Positions 31,747 to 41,283 of a stretch of DNA of 64,000 nt are shown piece after piece (the first letter of the stretch is position 1; each line of letters opens with the position of its first letter). The stretch spans positions 64,001 to 128,000 of the forward strand of contig CAVXYC010000028.1 of assembly GCA_963765765.1 (NCBI GenBank), written 5' to 3'. Both the position numbers and the translations under genes were made by a program. This DNA comes from an uncultured Chloroflexia bacterium (GTDB taxonomy: Bacteria; Chloroflexota; UBA6077; JACCZL01). The notes under the pieces were generated by a model, which had not been told where the DNA came from, did not search any database, and saw nothing but the letters and a program-made list of their open reading frames with translations.

Positions 31747-32395
31747 GTCAGCAGCCCACACCCGGCCGGCCCACCGGGCCCCCACCACAGGCGACGCCCC
31801 TCGTTCCCCGGAGGGGCCGGCGCAGCCTCCAGAGAATGGCACTCCAGCCGAAGCAGAGACATCCGCACCCGCGGACGAATCAACAGCCCCCTCGACGCCA
31901 GTCGGCGATGATCCGTCCATGACTCCCACCACCGTGAATTCAGAAGAGACGCTCGAGGCTCAGCGTGTAAGTCCAGATAGCGAGTCGTCTACCACGCACG
32001 TCCACGCTGCGGCAGCGAACAGCGCATCAGTTGCCGCCGCTGCTGAAACGAGCGCTCAGCCCGTGGCTTCATCGGTGGTCTCGCCGTTAGGGGGCTCGCC
32101 CACGAGTCAGCCGGCTGGGGCACCGCCTGTCATTGTGCCCACACCGTCAGGTCCGAATGGCGCCCAGGTATCGGAGTCGTTTCCCTCTACTGTGACACGC
32201 TCAACAGAAGCATCCGCCGACGACATCGTGTACACCCCCTTCGCTTTGTCAATCGGAGATGGCTTCAAGTTCGGTTGTGGCGTCGTGCTGGCCTTGTTCG
32301 TCACCGTCATGACCCTGGCCTTAGTGGCAGCCGTCGGCTTTCTTATTGCCAGCCTCGCGGGGTTCTCGATACCAATCGGGGCCGTGGGTAAATAG
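31694..32395 (+). CDS. Hypothetical protein, low-complexity N-terminus and C-terminal TM (start uncertain)
   Basis: Pro/Ser/Ala-rich region then LSIGDGFKFGCG + hydrophobic helix. Confidence 0.55.
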   Translation: MSRCHRAPSDPPAEGLLESAAHTRPAHRAPTTGDAPRSPEGPAQPPENGTPAEAETSAPADESTAPSTPVGDDPSMTPTTVNSEETLEAQRVSPDSESSTTHVHAAAANSASVAAAAETSAQPVASSVVSPLGGSPTSQPAGAPPVIVPTPSGPNGAQVSESFPSTVTRSTEASADDIVYTPFALSIGDGFKFGCGVVLALFVTVMTLALVAAVGFLIASLAGFSIPIGAVGK

Positions 32396-32482
32396 AGTCA
32401 AGGCGAACAAAGAGCGAAGAACCGGGGGAGGCACGAACTCTTCACCTGTCTCAGAGTGAGCTCAGCGTGGAAAGTGATCCGC

Positions 32483-33067
32483 TCAAGCGCTCACATCGTG
32501 CGCCAGGAGAATCGCTTCAGCAACTTCGCGCATGGACTTACGGCTGTTCATGCTCAACTTCTGGATCTTTCGGAAGGCCTCGGTCTCTTTCAGACCCTGC
32601 GCATCCATAAGCACACCCTTGGCGCGCTCCACCAGCTTGCGCGTCTCCAGAGCTTCCCGAGTGTCCCCTAGCTCCTGCTCCAACGAGCGGAACTCCTGGA
32701 ACCGAGCGAGGGCTACTTCAATCGCCGGAACTAGCTCAGCTTCGCCAAACGGCTTCACGATGTAGCCCATCACACCGGATTCACGGGCGCGATCGACAAA
32801 TTCGCGATCTGAGTAAGCGGTCAACAGGAGAACTGGCGCAACTCGCTCCTCGGCGAGGATTTTGGCTGCGCCAATCCCATCCAGCTCCCCGGGCATCTGA
32901 ATATCCATGAGCAGCAGATCCGGCTTCAGCTCACGGGCAAGATTGATTGCACTGCGACCGTCGGAGGCTTCACCCACTACGAGGTAACCCTGGTTCTCGA
33001 GCATCTCCTTGAGGTCGAGGCGAACCAGCGATTCATCTTCAACAATCACGATGCGATGTTGTGCCAT
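32483..33067 (-). CDS. pdtaR: Receiver-ANTAR response regulator (PdtaR-like)
   Basis: VEDESLVRLDL receiver; ANTAR RKLVERAKGVLM...EAFRKIQKLSM. Confidence 0.9.
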   Translation of the reverse strand: MAQHRIVIVEDESLVRLDLKEMLENQGYLVVGEASDGRSAINLARELKPDLLLMDIQMPGELDGIGAAKILAEERVAPVLLLTAYSDREFVDRARESGVMGYIVKPFGEAELVPAIEVALARFQEFRSLEQELGDTREALETRKLVERAKGVLMDAQGLKETEAFRKIQKLSMNSRKSMREVAEAILLAHDVSA

Positions 33068-33094
33068 ATGTCTTCTCCCGGACAGCAACAAGTG

Positions 33095-34591
33095 CTAGTC
33101 AGTTGGCAGTTGCTCGGCTCGAGGAAAGGAGATCAAGGTACGCACTCCACCGTCGTTTTCGATGCTGAGATCGCCCTTGAGATCTTCCCGGACGAGTGTT
33201 CGAACGATCTGGAGTCCCAGCCCACCCCGATTGATGTCAAATCCTTCTGGAAGTCCTCGCCCATCGTCGCGGATATCGATAAGCATGCTATCGTCGGTCT
33301 CTTCGAGGCTCACGACTATCGTTCCTTCCGAGCGATCGGCGTAAGCATGCTCCACAGAATTCTGAAGTAGCTCATTGATGATGAGCGCACATGAGGTTGC
33401 CTGTTGAGCGGGCAACATGAAGAGCTTTTGGCCTTCCAGCTTGAGTGAGATGCGCTTGGCCGGATCCAATGTGCCTCTCGTCACCTCACCGAGGATTCGA
33501 TTGCACACTTCATGAATGTTGATTGCGCTCGTCTCGTCCTTGGAGAGAAACTCGTGAACGAATGCGACACTCAGGATGCGATTGATGGACTCCTGGAGCA
33601 GCGCGGCCACGTCTTCGGAGTCTGTGCGACGAGCCTGAAGTCGGAGCAAGGCAGCGATCGTCTGGAGATTATTCTTCACTCGGTGATGAATCTCCTGGAT
33701 CATCGCAGACTTGATCTTGAGCTCCTGCTCCTTTCGGGTCTCTTCGGTGATGTCCTGAATAGCGACGATTGCACCCGGGGCGACGTCGCGCAATCCAAGG
33801 AACCGTCCAACTAGACCATCACGATGGATCGGCACGATCGGAATCACTCTCTTGATCCAGATCTGGTCTTGCTCCTCGACCTGTTGCTCCATGCAGACAT
33901 TCCGTTCCATGGCTTTGAAACAGATGTATTCATTCGTCTCAAGGTCAGAAAGCTGAGTATCCACGATGGAATCTGGATAACCTAGTCGACGGTAAAGATG
34001 CTCAGCAACCACGGTGGTGTAGCGAATCTGGCCTCCCTTGTCGATGATCAGCACTCCATCGTGAAGACCAAGGCGCCCCAGTGCTTCGCCACCCTGCAAG
34101 AGGCCCAATCGAAGCATTTCCCGCACGTGCGCGATGGCTCGGCGGAACGTGATGTCGCGCTTTCGCTGACGCTCATGCTCCAGCATGGCCATCTCGCTCA
34201 CGAGTACGGCGATAACTCCGCGGTCACCCATGATCGGCATAGCCTCATGCATGGTAGGCACCCCGGAGATGACGATCGCTCGCTCGTGATGCGCGTTTGG
34301 AGCGTCGATACAGCGAAACACGAGCGGCGACTCGGCCCGTCCAACTCGCTTGCCAACCTGACTTTGCGAATATAGAGAGGGGACCGGGTGCGGCTGCGCA
34401 TGGACTACCACTTGCATCTCATCGCGATCCATGGGCACGAGCAACATGAGGTCCGCCGAGCTCAGGTCAGCGACCAACGGCATGTTGTCTAGCGCAAGGT
34501 GAAGCCGCTCTTGATCCTGCTCGGAAAGAGCGCTCAATGATGCCAATGAAACGACGCCGGCGGTAGGGTCAGCCGACACTCGAACAGCCAT
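33095..34591 (-). CDS. pdtaS: Cytoplasmic HisKA_2 histidine kinase (PdtaS-like)
   Basis: ADLSSADL N-terminal domain; EIHHRVKNNLQ; NELLQNSVEHA; DDGRG; GLGL. Confidence 0.9.
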   Translation of the reverse strand: MAVRVSADPTAGVVSLASLSALSEQDQERLHLALDNMPLVADLSSADLMLLVPMDRDEMQVVVHAQPHPVPSLYSQSQVGKRVGRAESPLVFRCIDAPNAHHERAIVISGVPTMHEAMPIMGDRGVIAVLVSEMAMLEHERQRKRDITFRRAIAHVREMLRLGLLQGGEALGRLGLHDGVLIIDKGGQIRYTTVVAEHLYRRLGYPDSIVDTQLSDLETNEYICFKAMERNVCMEQQVEEQDQIWIKRVIPIVPIHRDGLVGRFLGLRDVAPGAIVAIQDITEETRKEQELKIKSAMIQEIHHRVKNNLQTIAALLRLQARRTDSEDVAALLQESINRILSVAFVHEFLSKDETSAINIHEVCNRILGEVTRGTLDPAKRISLKLEGQKLFMLPAQQATSCALIINELLQNSVEHAYADRSEGTIVVSLEETDDSMLIDIRDDGRGLPEGFDINRGGLGLQIVRTLVREDLKGDLSIENDGGVRTLISFPRAEQLPTD

Positions 34592-34625
34592 GGTCCGTCA
34601 GCCTAACAATCAGAAAGGCGACAGA

Positions 34626-35246
34626 CTACTCGAAGAACTTGAGCAGGCCGAGCGCCGAATTTCCTAGGAGTGCAAGAGAAGTGTACTTGATCGTATTGCC
34701 GATCAGGCAGGCCAGAAATACTCTACTGATCGGAAGAGCAAGTGAGCCGGCGATCACTCCGATTGCGTCAAAGAATGGATTCGGGAAACTAGCAAACAGT
34801 AACACGGTGATGAATCCATTTTTCTTCATCCAATCCTCAGCGCGCGTCCACCACTTGCCACGCCGAGTCTCAATTGCCTCTCGGCTACCGAGCCCGACGA
34901 TGTAACCTGTCATCTCTCCAATTGAGCTTCCCAATCCGGCAAATGGTCCAACAACCCAGGGATTGATCATGGTTCCCGCACCGAGGACGGCAGCGAAGCC
35001 TGGTGCTGGCAAAAGCACCGTCGCGCTGGAGAAGAACATGATCAGAGAGATGCCGGGATAGCCGTATTGGAGCAACATCATCGGATCCATGCCGTTGGCG
35101 AAGGCCACACCAATTCCGACCATGAACGCGATCAGAAGAACGACGGCGGCTACCCAGATCCACCGAACGGTGGTCCTATGCGATCGCTTGGAAGCGGCGG
35201 GAAAGCCGGTGGATGTCGCGGCCATTTCACCGCCCTGGTTGAACAA
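34626..35246 (-). CDS. DedA/VTT-domain membrane protein
   Basis: GSSIGEMTGY.VG, FPNPFFDAIG. Confidence 0.85.
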   Translation of the reverse strand: MFNQGGEMAATSTGFPAASKRSHRTTVRWIWVAAVVLLIAFMVGIGVAFANGMDPMMLLQYGYPGISLIMFFSSATVLLPAPGFAAVLGAGTMINPWVVGPFAGLGSSIGEMTGYIVGLGSREAIETRRGKWWTRAEDWMKKNGFITVLLFASFPNPFFDAIGVIAGSLALPISRVFLACLIGNTIKYTSLALLGNSALGLLKFFE

Positions 35247-35312
35247 GCGACCCTCGTGCCAAGTGGATTCGATGGTTCATGATAGCCATGGCGCATCCGT
35301 CATGCAACTGAT

Positions 35313-35348
35313 ATTACCGACTTGACTTAGATTACCGACCTGACTTAG
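35313..35348. repeat. 18-bp tandem repeat ATTACCGAC(T/C)TGACTTAG x2
   Basis: 35313-35330 and 35331-35348, 17/18 identical, intergenic. Confidence 0.9.
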
Positions 35349-35510
35349 CAGCCAGCTTTACTACCGTGCACCCCGGCACTCTAATCGCGATCGAGAGATC
35401 ACTCGAACTGCGAGAAGGTCCTGCGCGGAAAGGAGTGGAGCAGAAGTAATCTGCGCGTTCAGATCTGTCAGGCAATAGGTCCCGCATGGTAGCATCGCGC
35501 AAGGTACATC

Positions 35511-35846
35511 ATGATCTTTGTTGACTTTCTAGGGTCCAAATCTGCCTTCGAATCACTCCAGGAGGGTGTGGCGGAAGAGATTGCCGCGGCCCTCCGATCG
35601 TCGCGCTCGAGCGTCGTCATTCGGCGCATTGTGGTCGATCCTGAGCCCACGGAGATCGAGCTGTGGGTTGAGCTCAGCTCCGATGAGCAGTTCGTGCGCT
35701 ATGGCCGAACCATCGCAGAACGAGTGGCCGAACGAATCCGTTCAGATGGCAGCTCGGATGTCTGGGTGATGTTTCGAATCGTCCCACTGAGCCACGCGTT
35801 CCTAAACGGCCAGCCCCGAGCGCGCGGACGAGCGACGCTCGACTGA
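35511..35846 (+). CDS. Hypothetical protein, possible tautomerase-like fold
   Basis: Repeated beta-alpha-beta pattern, ends HAFLNG. Confidence 0.6.
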   Translation: MIFVDFLGSKSAFESLQEGVAEEIAAALRSSRSSVVIRRIVVDPEPTEIELWVELSSDEQFVRYGRTIAERVAERIRSDGSSDVWVMFRIVPLSHAFLNGQPRARGRATLD

Positions 35847-35863
35847 GACGACGAGTCCGAGGG

Positions 35864-37798
35864 CTACGGGATCGGCGCCTGGGTCTGGCGCGCGGGAGTC
35901 GGGGCTGGTGTTGATGCGGATCCGCCCTGGTCCATCTGTGGCAGTTTGAAATATTGCCGGATAATCCGCATTGCGATGGGCGCGGCGTTCTTACTGCCCG
36001 TGCCCTTCTCCACAAAGACCGTGACCGAGATCTCAGGATCTTCCGCGGGTGCCAAGCCAGTGAACCAGCCATGCGTTGGTAGCGCGCCATTCGTGTCGCG
36101 AGGCCCTGTGTATTCACCAGTTCCGGTCTTGCCAGCGATACGCAGCTCCGGCACGCGATAATCCTTGAGAAGCTGGCCCGCGAACCCAGCCTCCATGCCT
36201 TCCAGAATCGTGGCCCGGTGCTGAGGCGACATGTCGATATCTCGAATGACCTGAGGAGGTACCGTGCGCACTTGCTGTCGGTCCGTATCCGCGATCTCTT
36301 TCACCAGACGCGGCCGAACAAGCTTCCCTCCGTTCGCCAGCGCGTTGGTGAAATTGGCTACCTGAAGCGGTGTTGACAACACGTATCCCTGACCAATGGA
36401 CATGTTGTACGTGTCACCCTTGACCCACCGCTCTCCGCGTCGCTGAAGCTTCCAGGCTTCATCTGGAATGACTCCAGCCGCTTCATTGGGTATGTCTATA
36501 CCCGTCATGCTTCCGTAGCCGTACTGGCGCGCGTATGCCGCGAGTCGCTCGTTGCCGAGTCCTTGAAAGCGCTCGGGCTCGTAGCCGCCCCCGAGATAGA
36601 AGAAATACACATTGGACGAGTTTGCGAGGCCGCCAATCATATTGAGTCGGCCCAAGACGGACCAATCGGGGAAGATCTGCCGATAGTTCGGGTCGTACTC
36701 GCTCGGCACGAAAATCGCACCCTTGCTCTCGATCACCGTATTGCGGTTTGCAATGCCGTCCTTCAACGCCGCCGCGGCAGTCACCAATTTGAACGTGGAC
36801 CCAGGTGGGTACAGTCCAGACGCGGCTCGATGGAAGAATGGCTGAGAAGGGTCCTTGAATAGCTGTTCAAGCTCGTCTTCACGATCATCGTCAGCAAAGA
36901 TGTTGTCGTCGTAAGTCGGCAAGCTCATCATCGCGAGGATGTCGCCGGTCTTCGGATTCATAACGACAGCAACGCCAGTGGTCTCGCCGTTCAGCCCCTC
37001 CTGGAGTATGCGAGACACTTCTCGCTGCAGGTCCAGGTCTACGCTGAGAATGAGATTGCGCCCAGGATCTGGGTTTTCAATCCGAATTTCGTTCACCGGT
37101 CGTCCACTAGCCTCGACCTCATACATCCTGCGACCAGGCTGCCCGCGCATCACGCTTTCGTACTGCTCTTCGAGACCGGCCGCGCCGATGCGGTCATTGA
37201 TCGTGTAGCCTTCTCGATCGATCTTCGAGCGGTATTCTGCTGGCGACAGTAAAGTAGGTGAGATGAGACCGGTGTACCCCAGCAGGTGCGCGAGTAACGG
37301 GCCCTCGCTGTATTTTCGGGTGGACTCTACGCTGATAACCACTCCTGGCAGCTCTTCATGACGCTCTTCAATACGGAGTGCCGCGGTGCGCTCGACGTTG
37401 TACTTCACTGGAATAGGCGTGAAGAGATCGTCGTCAGATCGGCGTCGCTCGATGACCCGTCGAAGGTCGATGGGCGACATGCTGAGAAGCGCCGCGAGAC
37501 GGTCGTAAATCTCGGTTTCACGGCGAGCTGGAATATCAGCCGGAACGATGGATGCGACGAAAATCGGAGCATTGGATGCGAGAAGCTGACCGCGACGATC
37601 GTAAATGACGCCGCGGGGAGGCTTGATTGCGCTCACACGAACGCGGTTGTTGTCCGCTTTCTGGCGAAAATTCGGGCCGTCAACGATCTGGAGTCGCCAG
37701 AGCTGGGCTCCAAGGATGAGAAAAGATATGACTACCGCGGCTCGGAAGAGGTTCGCCGGCAGTCTCGGCGCGCCCGTTCGCTCAGATGCATCAAGCAT
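35864..37798 (-). CDS. mrdA: Penicillin-binding protein 2
   Basis: PPRGVIYDR, YPPGSTFK, SSN, AGKTGT; N-terminal TM. Confidence 0.93.
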   Translation of the reverse strand: MLDASERTGAPRLPANLFRAAVVISFLILGAQLWRLQIVDGPNFRQKADNNRVRVSAIKPPRGVIYDRRGQLLASNAPIFVASIVPADIPARRETEIYDRLAALLSMSPIDLRRVIERRRSDDDLFTPIPVKYNVERTAALRIEERHEELPGVVISVESTRKYSEGPLLAHLLGYTGLISPTLLSPAEYRSKIDREGYTINDRIGAAGLEEQYESVMRGQPGRRMYEVEASGRPVNEIRIENPDPGRNLILSVDLDLQREVSRILQEGLNGETTGVAVVMNPKTGDILAMMSLPTYDDNIFADDDREDELEQLFKDPSQPFFHRAASGLYPPGSTFKLVTAAAALKDGIANRNTVIESKGAIFVPSEYDPNYRQIFPDWSVLGRLNMIGGLANSSNVYFFYLGGGYEPERFQGLGNERLAAYARQYGYGSMTGIDIPNEAAGVIPDEAWKLQRRGERWVKGDTYNMSIGQGYVLSTPLQVANFTNALANGGKLVRPRLVKEIADTDRQQVRTVPPQVIRDIDMSPQHRATILEGMEAGFAGQLLKDYRVPELRIAGKTGTGEYTGPRDTNGALPTHGWFTGLAPAEDPEISVTVFVEKGTGSKNAAPIAMRIIRQYFKLPQMDQGGSASTPAPTPARQTQAPIP

Positions 37799-37946
37799 GA
37801 ATGATCCTAGAACAGGCCCAATTCTACAGGAGAGATGACTTGAGGGGACAACCAGATCATGATGTCCATCGACCACATGAAGGAGTAAGCGCTATCGGTC
37901 CTGATCCGTATAATCGGCGGTCAGATGCTTCCCGGGGAGGCCCAGT

Positions 37947-39068
37947 GTGATCCGCCGAATCGGAATTCTGAGTGGTGGCGGGGATTGTCCCGGTATCAAC
38001 GCCGTCATCCGAGCTGTCACGTATTCATCCATCGTGTCCCATGGCTGGGAGGTCGTGGGTATCGAAGATGGCTATGAAGGCTTGCTCAGGCGTGAGGGCA
38101 CTCGGCGACTTCGTGTCTCCAATGTGCGAGGAATTCTCGCTCAGGGTGGAACAATTCTCGGAACGACGAATCGTTCCAACCCATTCGCCTATGTATCTGA
38201 AAAAAATGGGGAGGTCGTCACTGATGACCGTTCAGGCGATGTTCTGAAGGCGATCAGCGACCAAGGCTTGGACGCATTGGTTGCGATCGGGGGGGACGGT
38301 TCGCTCACGATCGCTCAGCAGTTCTCCGATCTTGGCGTTCCGGTCGTGGGCGTTCCGAAGACGATCGATAACGATCTCGCATGCACGGACTACACGTTTG
38401 GATTTCATACGGCAGTGGAAGTCGCCACGCATGCTTTGGACCGATTGCACACCACCGCGGAAAGTCATCATCGAGCCATGATTCTCGAGGTGATGGGTCG
38501 GGATGCCGGCTGGATTGCACTGGAGAGTGGAATCGCCGGGGGCGCCCACGCGATTCTCATTCCTGAGATTCCCTTCGATATCGAAGTGGTCAGTGAGTTC
38601 ATCCGATATCGGGAACGCGATCTGGGGACCAAATACAGCGTCATCGTGATAGCCGAGGGTAGTGTGATTCCGGGATTAGGGCAGGTGATGGAGCCTGCCA
38701 CGGTGCCGGGAGCCGCCGCTCGGCTCTCTGGCGTCTGTGCCTGGCTTGCCGGACAAGTGGGAGCGCGAACGGGCGTTGAATTGCGCACCACGATTCTCGG
38801 CCACCTGCAACGAGGCGGCACTCCGAATGCTGTTGATCGGATTCTGGCCACCAGATTTGGTGCGGCGGCGGTTGAGCTCGTGGCGTCCGAGCAGTTCGGC
38901 CGGATGGTTGCGCTTCGAGGCCAGGAGATAGTCAACGTGCCGATTTGTGACGCCGTTGGATCAGTGCGTAAAGTGCCGCAGGATCACCAGCTTGTGAGGC
39001 AGGCCCGTGAGATTGGCGTGTGCTTCGGAGACCGTCTCCCGCCTAGAGCGAACCGCCAGAGAAAGTAG
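37947..39068 (+). CDS. pfkA: 6-phosphofructokinase
   Basis: GGGDCPGIN, GGDGS, PKTIDND, EVMGR, GHLQRGG. Confidence 0.95.
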   Translation: MIRRIGILSGGGDCPGINAVIRAVTYSSIVSHGWEVVGIEDGYEGLLRREGTRRLRVSNVRGILAQGGTILGTTNRSNPFAYVSEKNGEVVTDDRSGDVLKAISDQGLDALVAIGGDGSLTIAQQFSDLGVPVVGVPKTIDNDLACTDYTFGFHTAVEVATHALDRLHTTAESHHRAMILEVMGRDAGWIALESGIAGGAHAILIPEIPFDIEVVSEFIRYRERDLGTKYSVIVIAEGSVIPGLGQVMEPATVPGAAARLSGVCAWLAGQVGARTGVELRTTILGHLQRGGTPNAVDRILATRFGAAAVELVASEQFGRMVALRGQEIVNVPICDAVGSVRKVPQDHQLVRQAREIGVCFGDRLPPRANRQRK

Positions 39069-39070
39069 TA

Positions 39071-39149
39071 AAGAGTGAAAAAGTTAAGCGTGAAGAACTC
39101 GGCTTTTCACAGAGCTACCGAATTCCTTCACGCTTAGCTTTTCACTCTT
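39071..39149. terminator. Long AT-rich inverted repeat between convergent pfkA and ftsZ
   Basis: AAGAGTGAAAAAGTTAAGCGTGAAG (39071-39095) pairs with CTTCACGCTTAGCTTTTCACTCTT (39126-39149). Confidence 0.7.
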
Positions 39150-39166
39150 CATTCGCTGGCGAGCGT

Positions 39167-40348
39167 TCAGTCGTCCTGGATTGAACCGCTCCGACGTCGA
39201 AGGAACGACGGTGCGTCAAAATCGTCATTTGACTGTTCTCGCTCCGCCCTCGTCTGCCGGGGCGACCGACTCATGGAGTCCACGGACGTTTGCTCCCGAC
39301 GCCGGTCTGCTTGCTTCTTCAGACCAGTTGCAATGACGGTGATCTTTATATCAGGCTGCGGATGGGGATTGACAACAGCGCCAAAGATGATGTTTGCTGA
39401 TTCGTCGACTGCTTCTCTGACTGCATCGGCGGCATCGGCAACCTCGCTCAGTGCCAGATCCGGACCGCCAGTGATGTTCAAAAGGACGCCACGGGCACCT
39501 TCAATTGAAACGTCGAGAAGCGGGCTATTGAGCGCGGCGCGGGCCGCCTGGACCGCTCGGTCTTCACCACGAGCCTCGCCAATGGCCATGAGCGCAGGAC
39601 CCGAGTCAGACATGATCGACTTGACGTCCGCAAAGTCCAGATTGATGAGCCCAGTCATTGTTACCAGGTCTGAAATACCCTGGATACCCTGACGAAGAAC
39701 GTCATCCGCCATCTTGAATGCGTCCACCACGGTCATGCGAACGTCACCCAGCCGGAGCAGCTTGTCGTTCGGGATAACGATGAGGGCATCGACCTCATTT
39801 CGAAGTCGCTCCACTCCCTCGGCCGCGATGCGAGCACGTTTCGCACCTTCGAACCGAAATGGCAGCGTTACGATTCCGACGGTGAGAGCGTGAGTCTGTT
39901 GGCGTGCAATCCGAGCAATCGTTGGCGCGGCGCCAGTCCCCGTTCCGCCCCCCATGCCAGCGGTAACAAAGATCATGTCAGCGCCGCTGAGCGTTCCAGC
40001 CAGCTCATCTTGTTCGATCTCGGCTGCCCGCTCGCCCGCGCTCGGGTCGCCGCCGGCACCCAGGCCGCGGGTGGATCTGGCACCGATGATGATCTTTCGA
40101 TAGGCGTTGGAGGCTGCCAACGCCTGTGCGTCGGTATTTACTGCTATGAACTCGACACCTTGCACACTGGCGTCCACCATGCGGTTCACAGCGTTCCCGC
40201 CGCCCCCGCCTACACCTACGATCTTGACCTCGGTAAAGCCCTTTGCAGGAGAGGACAGTGGCGAATCGATGATTCGCGGAACCACTGCTTCCTGTCGAGA
40301 CAGGTCAAGAACCCGCCCGGGGTCAAACCCACCGCTAAGCTTGGACAC
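39167..40348 (-). CDS. ftsZ: Cell division protein FtsZ with N-terminal extension
   Basis: GVGGGGGNAVNRM, GMGGGTGTG, T7 loop INLDFADVK, C-terminal core DDFDAPSFLRR; GGAGGAGG RBS before GTG 40348. Confidence 0.95.
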   Translation of the reverse strand: MSKLSGGFDPGRVLDLSRQEAVVPRIIDSPLSSPAKGFTEVKIVGVGGGGGNAVNRMVDASVQGVEFIAVNTDAQALAASNAYRKIIIGARSTRGLGAGGDPSAGERAAEIEQDELAGTLSGADMIFVTAGMGGGTGTGAAPTIARIARQQTHALTVGIVTLPFRFEGAKRARIAAEGVERLRNEVDALIVIPNDKLLRLGDVRMTVVDAFKMADDVLRQGIQGISDLVTMTGLINLDFADVKSIMSDSGPALMAIGEARGEDRAVQAARAALNSPLLDVSIEGARGVLLNITGGPDLALSEVADAADAVREAVDESANIIFGAVVNPHPQPDIKITVIATGLKKQADRRREQTSVDSMSRSPRQTRAEREQSNDDFDAPSFLRRRSGSIQDD

Positions 40349-41102
40349 GGCGAATGACCTCCTCCGCGAGCGTGGTATAGATATCGACGGCTTTATCGGC
40401 ACCGGAATATTGGAACACCGAAGTTCCGGCCGATCCTGCTTCAAGAATCTTGCTGTTTGTCCCAACTTCAACGTCGAACACCTTACCGCTCCATCGCTCA
40501 CGTAGATATTCGGACACCTGGCGCTCTTCGCGTAGTCTGCGGTCCAATTTGCTTAGCACAATGCCTAACACTTTGAGTCGGGGATTCAGATAAAGGATCT
40601 CCTGGATGCTTTCCTCGAGCATCTGAAGACCCTGTAGTGAGAAGAATCGCGCTTCTGTTGGAATAACCACCTGGGTAGCCGCCACAAGCCCGTTGATGGT
40701 TAGAAGTCCAAGAGATGGGGGAGTGTCAATCAAGATGAAGTCGTACCTGGAATCCACCTGCAGTAAATGATCTCTCAGCCGCAGCTCGCGTCCCAGCTTG
40801 TTCATCAGGGCCGCCTCTGCGCTGGCCAAAGGGACCGACGCTGGCACAACGTCCAGCTTCTTGACGCCGCCGTTCTCCACGGGCAGCACGGGCAACGGGA
40901 AATTCCTGTCAAGCAGGGAGTCAGCAACCGTATGAGTGACGCGCTTCTCAAGCCCGAATGCGCTGGTCAGATTTCCCTGCGGGTCCATGTCAACCAGCAG
41001 GACGCGCTTGTCTCGGCGAGCCAACGCGGCACCTAGATTGGCCGTCGTGGTAGTCTTGCCGACACCGCCTTTTTGATTGGCGATGGCGATCACAGTCGCC
41101 AC
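40335..41102 (-). CDS. ParA/Soj-family ATPase
   Basis: Deviant Walker A NQKGGVGKTTT, DMDPQGN, IDTPP; GGAG RBS before GTG 41102; 14-bp overlap with ftsZ. Confidence 0.93.
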   Translation of the reverse strand: MATVIAIANQKGGVGKTTTTANLGAALARRDKRVLLVDMDPQGNLTSAFGLEKRVTHTVADSLLDRNFPLPVLPVENGGVKKLDVVPASVPLASAEAALMNKLGRELRLRDHLLQVDSRYDFILIDTPPSLGLLTINGLVAATQVVIPTEARFFSLQGLQMLEESIQEILYLNPRLKVLGIVLSKLDRRLREERQVSEYLRERWSGKVFDVEVGTNSKILEAGSAGTSVFQYSGADKAVDIYTTLAEEVIRRVQA

Positions 41103-41283
41103 ATATTTCTCCGTTCTTCTAAACAGAAGAATAACATTCGAAATGGTAGCACGGGCGTCCTCACGTCGACAGTTGGATCGAGGCTGCCCGCACTTCGATT
41201 CCGTCTCAATTGTCAGCTCACAAGATGATTCGACCCTTTTCGGCAAATGTTGAGGGGAACGTTGTGGGGGATTGTCGTTTGCG

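Noticed and set aside
40349-40501. Longer 444-aa FtsZ start given in the ORF track
   Set aside because: It lies inside parA; a strong RBS supports GTG at 40348
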